Assembly (NCBI GenBank): GCA_050084515.1
Contig: CM114271.1
Location: 26,474,001-26,538,000, forward strand
Source of the DNA: Blasia pusilla
Lineage: Eukaryota
Reading direction: 5' to 3'
DNA: 64,000 nucleotides
The translations under genes and the position numbers were made by a program. The notes beneath the pieces are model-generated. The model was not told the origin of the DNA. It saw only the letters and a list, made by a program, of their open reading frames with translations, and did no database searches. Shown here piece by piece: positions 1 through 11,885 of this stretch (position 1 is the first letter of the stretch; each line of letters begins with the position of its first letter).

Positions 1-1825
1 CCGGGCCTTCGAGCTTGTTGTAGGAGACGTTGAAGGCGTCCAGAGTGGACAGGTTCTGCAGAGTGACAGGTATCTCACCCGTCAGCTCGTTCCTCGAGAG
101 GTCGAGAGAAGCCAAGTCCATCATGTTGCCGAATATCGGTGGAATCTCCCCGTTCAGCCTGTTGTTGCTCAAATTGAGATTGACGAGCCTCGAGCAGTTG
201 GACAGGGAAGGCGGAATGCTGCCCGAGAAGAGGTTTCCGGAGAGGTCCAGTACGCCGAGCGAGGAGACATTCCCGAATTGAGGGGGTATCTCGCCATACA
301 AGCTGTTCCCCGTCGCGTAGAACTCCTGGAGGTTGTAGAAGGTCCACACGCTCTCTGTGGACGGGAAAACCCCCGAAATGCGGTTGAAAGACAGATCCAC
401 AAAGGTGAGCTCGGAGGCACTTACGATGTCCGCAGGCAGACTCCCGTTCAGCAGATTCCTCGACAAGTCCAGGAACGCTAGGTAAGGCAGGAACCCAAAT
501 CCAGGAGGTATAGCACCGGTGAGCTGATTGTTCTGCAGTCGAACTCGGTACAAGCTGGGGCAGCTGGCCAAGCCCGGGGGTAACGAACCGCTGAAGGCGT
601 TGTTGAATAGGATGAGCCTCCAGAGCGCTCCGGACTTGCACAGCTCCGGAGGTATATCTCCCGTCAGGAGGTTGGACGAGACGTCGAGGTGGCCGAGGCT
701 GGAGCTCAATCCCAGTCGCCGCGGGAGGCTTCCGCTCAGAGAATTGTTCCAGAGAAGAAGAGTGAGAAGATGCGGAAAATCCCCGAACGAAGGGGGGATT
801 TCACCTGTGAGATTGTTGCCCCAGAGACTCAGCAGCCTCACCTGCTTCATGTCACCCAGCTCAGCCGGGATGGACCCGCTCAGGCTGTTGTTGGACAGAT
901 CAAGACTCCAAACCGTAGACAAGTTCCCGATCTCTGGCGGTATGGACCCGGAGAGCTGGTTGTCGAAGAGGAAGAGAGAATTCAGTTTGGCGAGCTTCCC
1001 GAGCTCCGCAGGGATCTCGCCGGTCACATTAGCCCACGAAAAATCCAAGTAGGTGAGCTCTACGAGGTATCCGAGCTCGCGGGGGAGTGTGGTGGTGAAA
1101 CTATTGTATCCCATCTCCAGCCATGTCAAGGAAGTGAGACCTCCGATAGTCGGCGGAATCGACCCGGTCAGCTTGTTGCCCGCAAGGTTGAGGAACACGA
1201 GCTTCGTCAAGTCCCAGTAACTCGAGGGGATCTCACCGTGAAACGCATTTCCTCCTAAATGCAGATACACCAGCTCCGTCAATTTCCCGACCTCCTCGGG
1301 TAGAGCGCCGGTGTAGAGGTTGTCGTAGAGATCGAGCTTACGCAATGATCTGAGGTTCGATATTCCAGGGGGGAAGCTGCCGTTCAGATAGTTGGACGTG
1401 AAATTTAGGTAAGTCAGCGAGCTGAGGTTCGTAATTCCTGCGGGGATCTGCCCTGAGAGGCCGTTACAATTAAGATCGAGGCTTTGCAGGTCCGTGAGGA
1501 GACCGATTTCTTCCGGGATCGAACCCGTCAAATTCTTGTTCGAAAGGTCCAAACCCGTAACAATGCTGGAATCGTTTTCGGAAGCAGATACTTGGCTGCA
1601 GGTGACGCCTATCCATGTGCACGGAGACGGGTTGGAAGCAGTCCAATCGCTAAGCTGACCTACGGTGTCGCCGAGACCTTCCTTGACGAGCAAAAGATTC
1701 GCAACCACCTCGGACGTCGACAGGGCTGCCGCGCAAGAGATGTATGCGCACAGCAAGAAGTTGAGAGCGACAACGGACGACTTCGCGGCATGAGGAAGCC
1801 GCATTGCTCTGGAACTGCGCGGCAT
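1..1825 (-). CDS. LRR receptor-like kinase/protein ectodomain, LRR-XI-like (CLV1/BAM/PXY-TDR type); partial, continues past the left edge
   Basis: Open minus frame from ATG 1825 (second in-frame ATG at 1804): MPRSSRAMRLPHAAKSSVVALNFLLCAYISCAAA (signal-peptide-like), an LRRNT cap (LSDW...PCTWIGVTC), then about 20 plant LRRs (LDLSNKNLTGSIP, LDLSNNSLSGSIP, LDVSSNLLTGDIPPELC, FNVSYNKLEGP). It is absent from the ORF track because there is no stop in the window. TM and kinase domains are not visible, so kinase status is inferred from family resemblance. Confidence 0.9.
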   Translation of the reverse strand, partial: MPRSSRAMRLPHAAKSSVVALNFLLCAYISCAAALSTSEVVANLLLVKEGLGDTVGQLSDWTASNPSPCTWIGVTCSQVSASENDSSIVTGLDLSNKNLTGSIPEEIGLLTDLQSLDLNCNGLSGQIPAGITNLSSLTYLNFTSNYLNGSFPPGISNLRSLRKLDLYDNLYTGALPEEVGKLTELVYLHLGGNAFHGEIPSSYWDLTKLVFLNLAGNKLTGSIPPTIGGLTSLTWLEMGYNSFTTTLPRELGYLVELTYLDFSWANVTGEIPAELGKLAKLNSLFLFDNQLSGSIPPEIGNLSTVWSLDLSNNSLSGSIPAELGDMKQVRLLSLWGNNLTGEIPPSFGDFPHLLTLLLWNNSLSGSLPRRLGLSSSLGHLDVSSNLLTGDIPPELCKSGALWRLILFNNAFSGSLPPGLASCPSLYRVRLQNNQLTGAIPPGFGFLPYLAFLDLSRNLLNGSLPADIVSASELTFVDLSFNRISGVFPSTESVWTFYNLQEFYATGNSLYGEIPPQFGNVSSLGVLDLSGNLFSGSIPPSLSNCSRLVNLNLSNNRLNGEIPPIFGNMMDLASLDLSRNELTGEIPVTLQNLSTLDAFNVSYNKLEGP

Positions 1826-4591
1826 TGCTGCTATCCAACTCGACCTCCCTATATTCTTCTCCCTAAACCGAACCTCTCAACGGCCCCTTCGCATCTATGA
1901 GTCGCACCCTCTGGACTGCCGCGTTCTGCCACTCTCTCAGAATTGCGCTCTAACGAAGAGAACACCGCGCGCATGGAATGCTGATTTCACTAACATACTC
2001 CGACTTCGCAGCGCATGACATCTTCTTCCACAGCTGTGATCCCCTCCTCATTCGGCGCTACCGGCGTCGAGGGCCTGGCCTGGGCACTCATGCTCTAGGA
2101 CTCACAGGACTCGCTCGCTTGCTCGCTCACTTCCCCACTCCCTCACTCACTCACTCACTCACGGGAGACCGCCTGAAGCGGCATTCAGATGTCTCCGTCG
2201 ACACGGAGATCATCACATCTCTTTCCCGACCCATGCTCCTGCGCTGTGCTCTCGACCGAGGCTAGGAGGCAATCCACGGCTTCACGCTCTAGGACTCGCA
2301 GAGACGAAGGTCCTCCGCGTAAACCGTACCCGCAGTGCACTCATCAAACACTAGAGCTCCTGACGATCGATCTCTATCGCATTCACCATACCGTACTCAC
2401 TCGAGCGAGGCCCTTTCCTCCCGTGCCTCCTCCCTCGAGCTACTCGGACGAATTCAATCTCAATGTCGTTCTCCTCTCTTGATGCCCCCCCCTTCCCCAC
2501 TGCGCCATGATTGTCCGCTGAAGCTCTCGCGGGGCAGGACGCACTACAAGAGTTCGTCGCACATCCGTCGACCTGCCCTCCCTCTCCCGCAGCACAAACC
2601 CAGGCAGCGACCCAGCGCCCGCCCGCCCGCCCGCCCGCCTGCCTGCCTGCTCGCAACTCTACGCCAGAGGAGACGCTTCCATCAAACGATGGAAATCGTT
2701 TTAAGACACGCCACGTTTCTAACACGACTCCCGGACACTAGCGCTGCGATCTCTCTTCTGTCTCTCTCCTGCGCTGGCTTCTCTCTCCCCACCCTCCCGC
2801 TCCAGTCTCGCACACACGTGACCGACTCCCTCCGGCCTACCCTCGGACTCGGCGCCAATCACGACGTCGCGACCTTCACATCGCTCTCTCCCTTCTATTT
2901 CTCCACGGCGGCCGCTGTCGCGCCACCGGAGAGCGTTCCCTCCTCCTCATCCCATTCGCACCGAACCAGACGGCGCGGGGAAACCGCGCACCGGCGCCTC
3001 CAAACTGGCGCTCCTCCAATGGGTCCGCCATCTCGCACAGTGCGGACCAGGAGAACGGTACACTTCACGTGGCAGCGCTGCGAGGATGGATGGAAGCCAG
3101 CTCGGGCTCCGTCCGAGTCAAAGGTTGACATTTATTTCTGTCGCCAGAGAGGCTGCCATTTCATTTGTCCTCGCGCTGTGCGGCTGCTCCCGGACTCTTG
3201 GCAGACATCCAACTACGGCCTCGCCACACCTTTAGCGTCCATACGCCGACGGAGATTAGCGTTCCAGACACTTCCAAATCCACTCTAATAATAAACGTCT
3301 CGGCATGGCGCACCTCAAAGCCCCGAATCTCGTTAGCTGCGCATATAAAGCCTCCTACAACATCCAAACATGAAACCCGTCAGTTCCGTCCTCATTATGG
3401 CACACTTAAGGGACCGGTGCGAACGCACTGCCGCTTTCCTTACTTCACCGCCCTCGCTCGGCAGTCCTGACTCCAGAGTCCAGAGTCGCGACTCCTGAGC
3501 GAGCGAGCTTTGGTCCTGAGCTCCTGACTTCGGTGAACCGGCGTTAAGCTTCCCAAGTAAAGTCCGAGACTCCGAGGGATCATTCCTCCGGAGTCCCAAC
3601 GGGCAGCGGGCAGACCAGGATAAGGCAGGCCATCCCGTACCTCGCAAGCGCTGTAAAAACTTGGCGCTGCATGTCTGTACTGTAACTCAGAAAGTAATGG
3701 CAGTATAGGACAAACGTACGTTGACATGATCGGGATAGTTACATCCGCCAAAGCGTACGAATTTGGAAAAAAGGATATTATTAATAAAATGCGAAATTCT
3801 TTAAAGAACCTCTGCTCAAAGCCTCAAACATCGCAATTTTCGAAAGTCGGACCAACGGAAAATTCCTTCATTCCCTTTTGTGAAACTTCCCTTTTTCATT
3901 CTTTTCCATCCACCTTTTCTTTTTTCGTAGCGACATCCCGAAGGACCCCCAAGTAATCGCATCGTATTTTGGGTTCCCTGCCATTTTAGTGCGGCTGCTT
4001 TGTTTTCTGTGAACTATGTTCCCGACTAGTCCTAACCTAAAAGTTGTGAGTCATTTTGTGGTTCCACTTAATCTTGTGAGATCGTATGGAATTTTTCTCA
4101 TGAGAAAAATCGTTCGGGATTAAACCCGATACGATGAAGGAGGACGAGTATATTAATCTTTCACACTTTAATATCATTGATTTTATTTCGTTCAATGTTT
4201 ACTTGTACATTGTGAAGATATGCATATACCAATTGATGTTGGAGTTGACTCACAACATTGTAGAGTTCTACTTCTATTCCTCCTCGCTATGCCGCGAAGA
4301 GAACTTGACCTTGAGTCCTATGAGCAAAAGACGAGAGTTAAGTCTCCAAGACCCAACCAATCACGTGTCTCGTAGGTGAGTCGGTGAAGCCATCCGACAG
4401 TAAGCAGTTATGAATCTCCCGAGGTGCATATAATTTCCCCAGGAAGGCGTTATCACTAATCCTTTGCCATTCTCCACCAATCTCTCACCCAAACCAGAGT
4501 CCATCCATTAATCAAGGCTGCACACGGACAAAGTTCGTGTCCGCGGACATGACGGTACGGGCCTCGGTATCTGTTGCCTGCACGCCTCACG

Positions 4592-6681
4592 TGTAGCGTA
4601 AACCTGGGCTCGCCACCCCACACCCATTTGGTAGCTCATACTAGACCCACTCAAGCGCACGCAGCCTATGCAGGCCGCACATGGGCTAGGCAAGGGCTCA
4701 TAGCTTGGACACCCATTCGATCCCTGCCGTGTCCTGCCACCCCCATACATGTTCCCATGTCTTGATCATATGTGGGCCACGAGGGTGCCAGAAAAAACCT
4801 ATCGGGTATGTCCGCCCCATGGATGGTCTTATTCGTTTCCATGCAAACTTGCTAGTAATCCTCAAGGTGTATCTCGAATGGTTCCTTAGCTCAAACATTG
4901 CCCAAACATGAAACATAGTCAGCTCCTTATTCCAAGCCTCCAACATGTATGAAGAGAGAAAGTCCCTCCCTCTAGATACTTATAGGGTCCTTGGTAGGAA
5001 AGTGGGGTTCCCACAAGAACTCCACTTTCCCAAACATCCATCCTAGCAAGATTGCATGTAGATGAAGTCCATGTCCATGGGCTTACATCTATTTCTTGCA
5101 ACCATGTACCCTAGGCCCTTTGTTGTGGTCCTCAACCCTAAATGTGGTTTGCATTTCACAAACCCATTTTTGACTAGGTAACCCCCAAGATGAGTTGGGG
5201 AGTCTCATGGAAGATTCTGCCATCTTTACTTCCCCAAAATCTCCTTGGAACCTCATTCGACATTTCATGTGTCTCATGGCTAACACATATCTTGACTCTC
5301 ATGATTTTCCATCTCATGTTTGTTTGAGGAACCTTTGTGTTTTGTCACTAGCCCAATGGTATTTCGCCCATCTTCAACTACTCTTGACTTCCTTGCTACC
5401 CGCCCTTAACTAAAATTTAGCTCAAGGGTCTTTCATCTATCTTACCTCATCCTCCTTCCCCATGAGTGGATACATCCCCTTTCTCCTAAGGCTAGTGTCA
5501 ATGTACATGCATATCTTAACTTGGGTTAGTCCCACGATATGCTTCATGGCCCACTCTAGTCTTGTGACTAGCTAGTCTAGGTTTTGAACTTGGTGGATCA
5601 TATCTAGGTCTTTCTTCCTTTGACTCATGATCATGACTTTCTTCTTGTCTCCCCATTAAAGTGAGCATCATTTTCTTGCGTCTACTCTCCTTGAACATCA
5701 ATCTTTAGTGTTGCATAAGCGTACATTCAGTAGGACACAGTCTCATTGTTGATCTGCACCCAAACACGCATTCATGTTAGTCGGGTCTGGATCAATCAGT
5801 GCTCCAACTTACCGAGCTCTTGACTCTGCCTCTCATCAAGCTCAACCTTTCTAGTTTCTCGCTTTATAACAACAGGAAGTCCTTCGAGACTTGGGATAAA
5901 ATTTCTGGTTGGTCTAGGGACCTCAAACTGCGCTTGCACGCCCGACGGTCCCATGTGTCCAATGGACCTCAAATAAATCCCTAATCGAGACTCACTAAAA
6001 TGAGTCATGGGTTGGAATCCAAGTGTGGCTTTTGAAATCCCCTCCCTCAAATGAGGCTTTGGTTCCGAATCCCAACACCAAACTCCCACTCTATTCCGAG
6101 CCCATGAGCCGTCCCATGGCACCCCAAAGTGGGGTTTGGGTCCCAAGCATCCTTGGAGACACTCCCCCTTACTACTACTTCCAGGGATCTCTGCCCTCCC
6201 ACTAACTTTGGGGAAAAGACAGACGGGCCCTTCTTTCTGGCCCTCAATCCAACTCTCGGTACAATCCATTTTGGGAAGTTTCTTAGCCTTTGCTTGTGGG
6301 TTTTCTAAGATCTTTGGTGCGTTAGAATTTTCTTTTCATAAGTTTTCCAACGCCACCTTACTTGTCCCAAACGCATCTTCGGATTGAACATTATGGTCTG
6401 AAACACATTCAAAACTCCAAACGCTAGTCGCATTCCAAATCCGGTTCTCACCTCTTTGGCGGCCAACCTTCCTAGACTAGACTCCTTTCAAGTCTTGGTT
6501 CACGTTTGGTCCAGGTTTCCTAATCATGATCATAAACGCATGAAACGCACAAACTCTATTCGTGCATTTTATCTTTTGCAACTATTCCACGAAATCTCTC
6601 CAAAGCGCAACCATCCTAACGTGAGCCCACTAAAGTTCTGATGTTTCACTTGGCGTTCGTTTGGTTATGAGGGTCGCGACA
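4592..6681. mobile_element. LTR-like sequence (probable solo LTR), degenerate
   Basis: Termini TGTAGCG...CGCGACA form a 6/7 inverted repeat with TG..CA ends. The last ~930 bp (from ~5745) align by eye with ~7955..8874. No TSD found; the left boundary is tentative. Confidence 0.5.
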
Positions 6682-7688
6682 GCCATAAACTCAATTTTTT
6701 GCAACATTGAATGGAAGTCTAGAATATTTGTTACAATTGCCCCTCGTTGTTGTTCACTAGCCTTTTCCAATCTATGCAAGTTTCCAATGTATGTTGTCTT
6801 TGTTATGAAAATTCTATTCAAAGAAATATGTTGAAATCATTTGTATAGTTCAGTCCATTATCCCAATTTCTCTATGAAATTGCTTTCTCTTCATCAAGAT
6901 TTGTATTGATCAACCAAGGATTCCAATTTCTATTAGAAAAAATATATTTTGAGATATCTTTACATATCAAGAGACTCCAAAACACATTTTCTCAACGTGT
7001 TCTATTTTTAAGTAACTTATAAAGGAAATATTGACTCATTATTTAATTATTTGGGGTCGTGTCATTTGGCAAAAAAAAGCTTTGCTTTAGAATTCTCTAG
7101 TGCAAATCAAAAATCTTTTGAGCTACATGGATTGCAATCTCAATTGCTCATACTCACACTCTTAGTACGAGGAGAGAATATCATTTGCTTGCCAAATATG
7201 ATTCAACCATATTGCACTTATCTTAGAATAAAAATCACTTGGTGGATCACTAGATCTCCTCATCCCTTTGCACCAAATTTCTTTTATTTTTTCTTGTTTT
7301 CTTTTGTGAGGGGGAGATGGAGAAGGATGCATATCGTTCAAAATCTCCAACAATTTTAGAATATTTAATGGCTATAATATAATTATCAATGACTGCAACA
7401 CATTAGTGTATATTTGCAAAATATCTCATATTTATGATTGTTACTCATCTGTTCTTGAAAATTCTTGCGCTTCTACATAGAATTGAGTGCAAGTTGTAAG
7501 CTTCAACAAAGAGTGTAATCATAACATTTTTAAAAATACCTCCAAATTTAGAATTTCTATTTTCCAAAATCAGAAGGTTTCCAAAAAATTGAGGTTTGTA
7601 AATAGTTCCCTTGAATTAAAGATAAACAGAATATATGAGTTGTCCGACTAGATAGGAGATAAGATGCACACATTTTAGAAAGGTCCAT

Positions 7689-8874
7689 TGTTCATAATAT
7701 ATGTTTTATGTATTGAAGATTGTGATATAGTCAAGTTCATCGGACACATGAATTTTTATATTTTAGTACTCACACAAAATAGAAACGCTTAATCTTGATT
7801 AATTAATTAAGCATGATTACTTTAGCTATGGTTAGTTGACCATGGTTAGGAATAGGGTTAAGGTTAAGGTTGAACACGTACAAAATCCATGTTCGACCCT
7901 AGAACAGATATGTCTGTGAGGGCTCAGGTTCATGCATCTGAGCTTGCACTCGTAACATTGATCTGGACTCGGCAAGCCTGCACGCACTTAGTCAGGTATG
8001 GGCCAACCAGCATTCCAACCCACCGAGTTCTCAACTTGGCGTCTCATCAAGCTCAACCTTCCTTAATTCCTAGTTTCCAAAATATGGCAAGTCCTTCAAG
8101 ACTTGGAACAGACTTCCTGATTAGTCCAGGAACCTAAAACGGCACTTGCGCGCCTAGCGATCCCAACTGTTCGACGGACCTCGTGCGAGTTCCAAACTGA
8201 GACCCAAGTAATTGAGTCGCGGGGTGAAATCCAAGAGGGATGTCTAAAATTGCCTCCGTAGACTTGGTTCAGGTTTTCCAACCCAACCCCAAACTCTCGA
8301 TCCGTTCCATGCCCTTGAGCCGCCGCATGGCGCCCAAAGTGGGTTCCGAGTTCCAAGCACTCTCGGAGACCTTCCCCCTTTCTAGTACTTCTAGGGTTCT
8401 CCAATAACCCCCCTTTTGGAAAAGGAGGGTTGGGCCCTTCATTGTGGCCCTCAACCCAACTCTACTTACAGTCGTTTCCGGGTTTTTTTCTCAGCCGCTC
8501 CTTATGCGTTTGTAGAGATCTTTAGTGCGTTTGAATCAAATTTCCATAAGCCTTCCAACGCACCCTTGTTTAATCCAAACGCATCTTGGAGCTAAAATTT
8601 ATGGTTATAAATACAGTCGGAAACTCTCAAACGCTAGTGGCGTTCCAAATCCGGATTCCTTCCTTTGGCAACCCACTTTCTAGACTTGACTCCTTTCAAG
8701 TCTTATTCCGCATTTGGTATAGGTTTCTCGGTCGTGAACACAACATCTGGAACGCGAAGCCTCGCTTGCGTCTCGTCTCTTGTCTCTTCTTCGAGACTAC
8801 TCCAACGCGCAAACCATCTTAGCGTGAGCCCGCTAGTGTTCCGCTTTGGCACTCGTTTGGTCATGAGGGTCACA
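7689..8874. mobile_element. LTR-like sequence of a family different from the downstream Gypsy 3' LTR
   Basis: TG...CA bounded. The right part is homologous to 5745..6681 (tctcatcaagctcaacctt, gactcctttcaagtctt, tttggtYatgagggtc). The left part (~7712..7865) is homologous to the reverse complement of ~29245..29410 (attgaaga.., aagttcatcgg, tactcacac, gcttaatcttg). Confidence 0.55.
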
Positions 8875-8885
8875 GTAGTAGTGGA

Positions 8886-10090
8886 GTGACACGGAGAGGA
8901 GTGAGATACCAAGGAGTTATGAGTGAGGAGCTACCTCGACATCTATCTGTGGCTGGATCGTCATCATTAGACACTGGGTCTGGTGACGAGGTGGCAGACG
9001 GAGGCAGTATCACTTGGCAGGAGATGGACGACATGAGCCATCGAGGCATGCGTCGTTTCTCGAGTGTTGTGGGCACCATTGACTTAGATGATTTTATCCA
9101 GGAGTTTGACACGTGGTGCGACTTCCAGGAGATACGGGCCCCGACACGGTTCAACCCTTTCATGGCATGGAAGGGGTTGTTCCAGCACTTGGAGGGTCCT
9201 CCGATGGATGACTACATGGAGTTTCGATCACTATATTCAGTAGAGATCGATGCCTGGAGGATGTATTGGGCTCCAAGGTATGTATCCACTAGTGATCGCG
9301 AGGCATATGATGGGATCGTGAGAGGAGAGAGACCCATACCATTAGCCCAGAGACTAGATGGAGAGGAGGGCAGTAAGACAGACAACGTGACAGAGACCTC
9401 TGGTGGTAGAGGGCCACCCAGCTTCAGCCCCACAGTGGAGTTCTTCCGACAGTTGGGGAAGAGCTACCAGGGCGTACGCACCAACAAGCTCAAGAGTCTA
9501 CAGGATTTTCAGCGACAATTGGGTTAGAGTCCGAGAGAGGCATTCACACGCATGAGGAGGCTGATCATTGCTACGTATGGAGTGACTGAGGCACAATCAA
9601 TCTAGTATTGGTACAGGGTTCTAGACCGAGAACTACGGAGGAGAGTCCGAGATGCGGTGCTGATTCATACAGCGAAGCCCACATTGAAGGTGGTCTTTGA
9701 GCTTTCTCAGCGTATTGAGCTCAACATGAGTGAGGATCAGGTAGTGACCGCTGGATTTTCTCGAGAGTCGACGGGTCCACGAGCGATGATGACCCCACAC
9801 GTGCCACAGCGAGCACCAATACCACGGGAGCGGGCCAGTGTGCCCAGAGAGCAGGGCGGGTACCGTGAACCTATGAGGCAACGACCCGTACCTACAAATG
9901 TTGCCCACCAGAGACCGATGTTATCTTGTTGGACATGTGGAGGGGCCCATAGGTAGAGAGACTCCACACAGCATGGGAGAGGACCACGGCGCCTCCGATT
10001 GCTCAGGAGCCCCAGAGGATGGCCCCACCACAGTACCAGTGGGACTATTGCCACATATATGGTCACACTAGGGATAGATGTTATGACCTT
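8886..10090 (+). pseudogene. Gag-like protein with two degenerate CCHC zinc knuckles
   Basis: ORF pieces 8886..9527, 9657..9956 and 10019 onward. DLDDFIQEFDTWC capsid-like segment; CWTCGGAH and (W)DYCHIYGHTRDRC knuckles followed by an RGG-rich tract. Confidence 0.75.
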
Positions 10091-10662
10091 CGTCAAGAGG
10101 CACGTCCAGAGGTAGGACGAGGGCCTGGGGGCGGTCGTGCTGGAGGAGGTCGGGGAGTTCTTCCTGGACGTGGTGGTAGAGGACCACCACCACCCAGAGG
10201 AGATAGAGCAGGAGCACCAGAGCCAACACTTCTCTCATGCATCGATCAGTTGGAGCAGAGGATTACTGCCATGACGATGATGCAACTCAGGGAAGGCACG
10301 GAGCCGCGAGCAGCTAGTGTGGCTCCAGCTTCTACCTCTTACCCTGACCCGGGTGAGGATCTCGCATGTATGGGGTTTATGTGTAGTGCAGCCCAGGTTG
10401 AGACAACTGCAGTGGTGACTCGGAGTGCTACGAGAGGCATTGAGCCATCGAGAGGTGGAGTTGAGATTGACCCACCAGAGGGGAACAATGGGCGGCAGGC
10501 CAGGGTTCCACAGTCATTCATATTGTTGGAGGCACTACACACACCATCGATGGTGCCTCGGCAACCAGAAGTGCCTACAGCTCAGGAAGGTACGTGGACG
10601 TCACGAGGAGTTGGAGTGACAACTCCTATGCCGGCTCGAGTGGAGTCAATGTCGACCATAGT

Positions 10663-10869
10663 GTTGGAGGTGGCCACCAGAGTGAGTCAGACTCCACTAT
10701 TTTCCGCCATAGAGTTGGCGACGTTGGGAGTTGGAGGTGGCCAACAGAGTGAGTCAGACTCCACTATTTTCCGCCATAGAGTTGGCGACGTTGGGAGTTG
10801 GAGGTGGCCACCAGAGTGAGTCAGACTCCACTATTTTCCGCCATAGAGTTGGCGACGTTGGGAGTTGGA
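10663..10869 (+). repeat. Tandem repeat, 3 x 67 bp plus 6 bp
   Basis: Unit gttggaggtggccaccagagtgagtcagactccactattttccgccatagagttggcgacgttggga at 10663, 10730 and 10797, with one substitution among the copies. Confidence 0.97.
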
Positions 10870-11089
10870 CCAGTTGAGGTGTTCTGGTTGGCCGCCAAGT
10901 TATGTGAGCGTGGAGAGATGACTGCTTCTTGTTCAAAGGTAGTTGAGGAGGTGGTGGCTTGCCCTCACAGCCGTTGCTCGGGACGTCCCCCACAGAGTCA
11001 TGGCATGCGGCGGCGGTGAAGTTCGTAGATATACTAGCTCGACCGACCATAGAGCTAGCGGTGGTGACACTTGGAGTAGTGTTACTGGA

Positions 11090-11480
11090 TAACCGAGCTA
11101 GAGTATTTTGCTTGGTTAGTCCCACAGGGAAAGTTCACCACCCGCAACGCGTCCTACTTGATTCAGGAGCGTAACCCTCGATCTTAGGGAAGGCGGCGTG
11201 TTGAGCGTTGGGGTTACAGAAGGCCGACATTGAGCCTTGTCCCTTCCACATACAGACCTCGATTGGGGGCGTGTCATCCAAACAATATATGACCCGACAG
11301 GAGATAGTTGTCAAAGTCCAGCCAGAGCATGCGACGGATAGTTCTATGGTGCGCACACGTGCGATTACGACACCAGATGAGTCATACGATATGTTGGTGG
11401 GGAGTACAGTGTTCTATCCCCTAGGATTCATCCTTGACTTTTGGGAGGAGATTGTTGCTTATCGGCCAGGGTGGTGGTGA
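11090..11480 (+). pseudogene. Retropepsin-like aspartic protease domain
   Basis: RVLLDSGA catalytic motif (~11148..11171) and a downstream YDMLVG flap/helix-like segment; internal stops. Confidence 0.85.
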
Positions 11481-11885
11481 GGTGACAGGCGGATGAGTCA
11501 GTTACCTGTGCGGTTTGCGGGACAAGATGGTCGATCACGAGGCGATTTTGTGACCACGTTGGCAACTTTCACAGGTAGTGTTAGCTAGCTAGGAGAGTTG
11601 TTGGAGGGGAACGCACATGCGGAGGATGTCCCAATAGCAGATAGTCCCACGGAGAGACAAGCCATGGCGGGTGTCTCTTCCCATGTTGGCAAGACCTCTT
11701 CACCATTGTGGGATACGAGACAAGAGCTATAGAGGAGTGCCAACGACCTCGTGAGGCAGGCGTGGAGTCATGCCTTTATCCCAGAGCAGCAAGAGTCAGG
11801 TGGCGATCGGGCTCTTGGAGTGGAGAGATTGACCCCACTGGATACCACACCCGTTGTGTGGTAGTGTCCAGAGGAGGGTGGTAGG

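Noticed and set aside
30-1900. Plus-strand and off-frame ORFs over the LRR gene (for example 528..1052, 689..1258, 75..641)
   Set aside because: Shadow ORFs produced by the repetitive LRR coding sequence on the minus strand.
2335-3288. 317-aa plus-strand ORF
   Set aside because: Non-ATG start, low-complexity Ser/Pro/Arg content from GC-rich simple repeats in the LRR gene's upstream region, and no domain.
7689-8874. As the 5' LTR of the DNMT-Gypsy element
   Set aside because: No similarity to the sequence after the PPT and no recognisable PBS.
10663-10869. CRISPR-like array
   Set aside because: Contiguous identical units with no unique spacers, in a eukaryotic retroelement.
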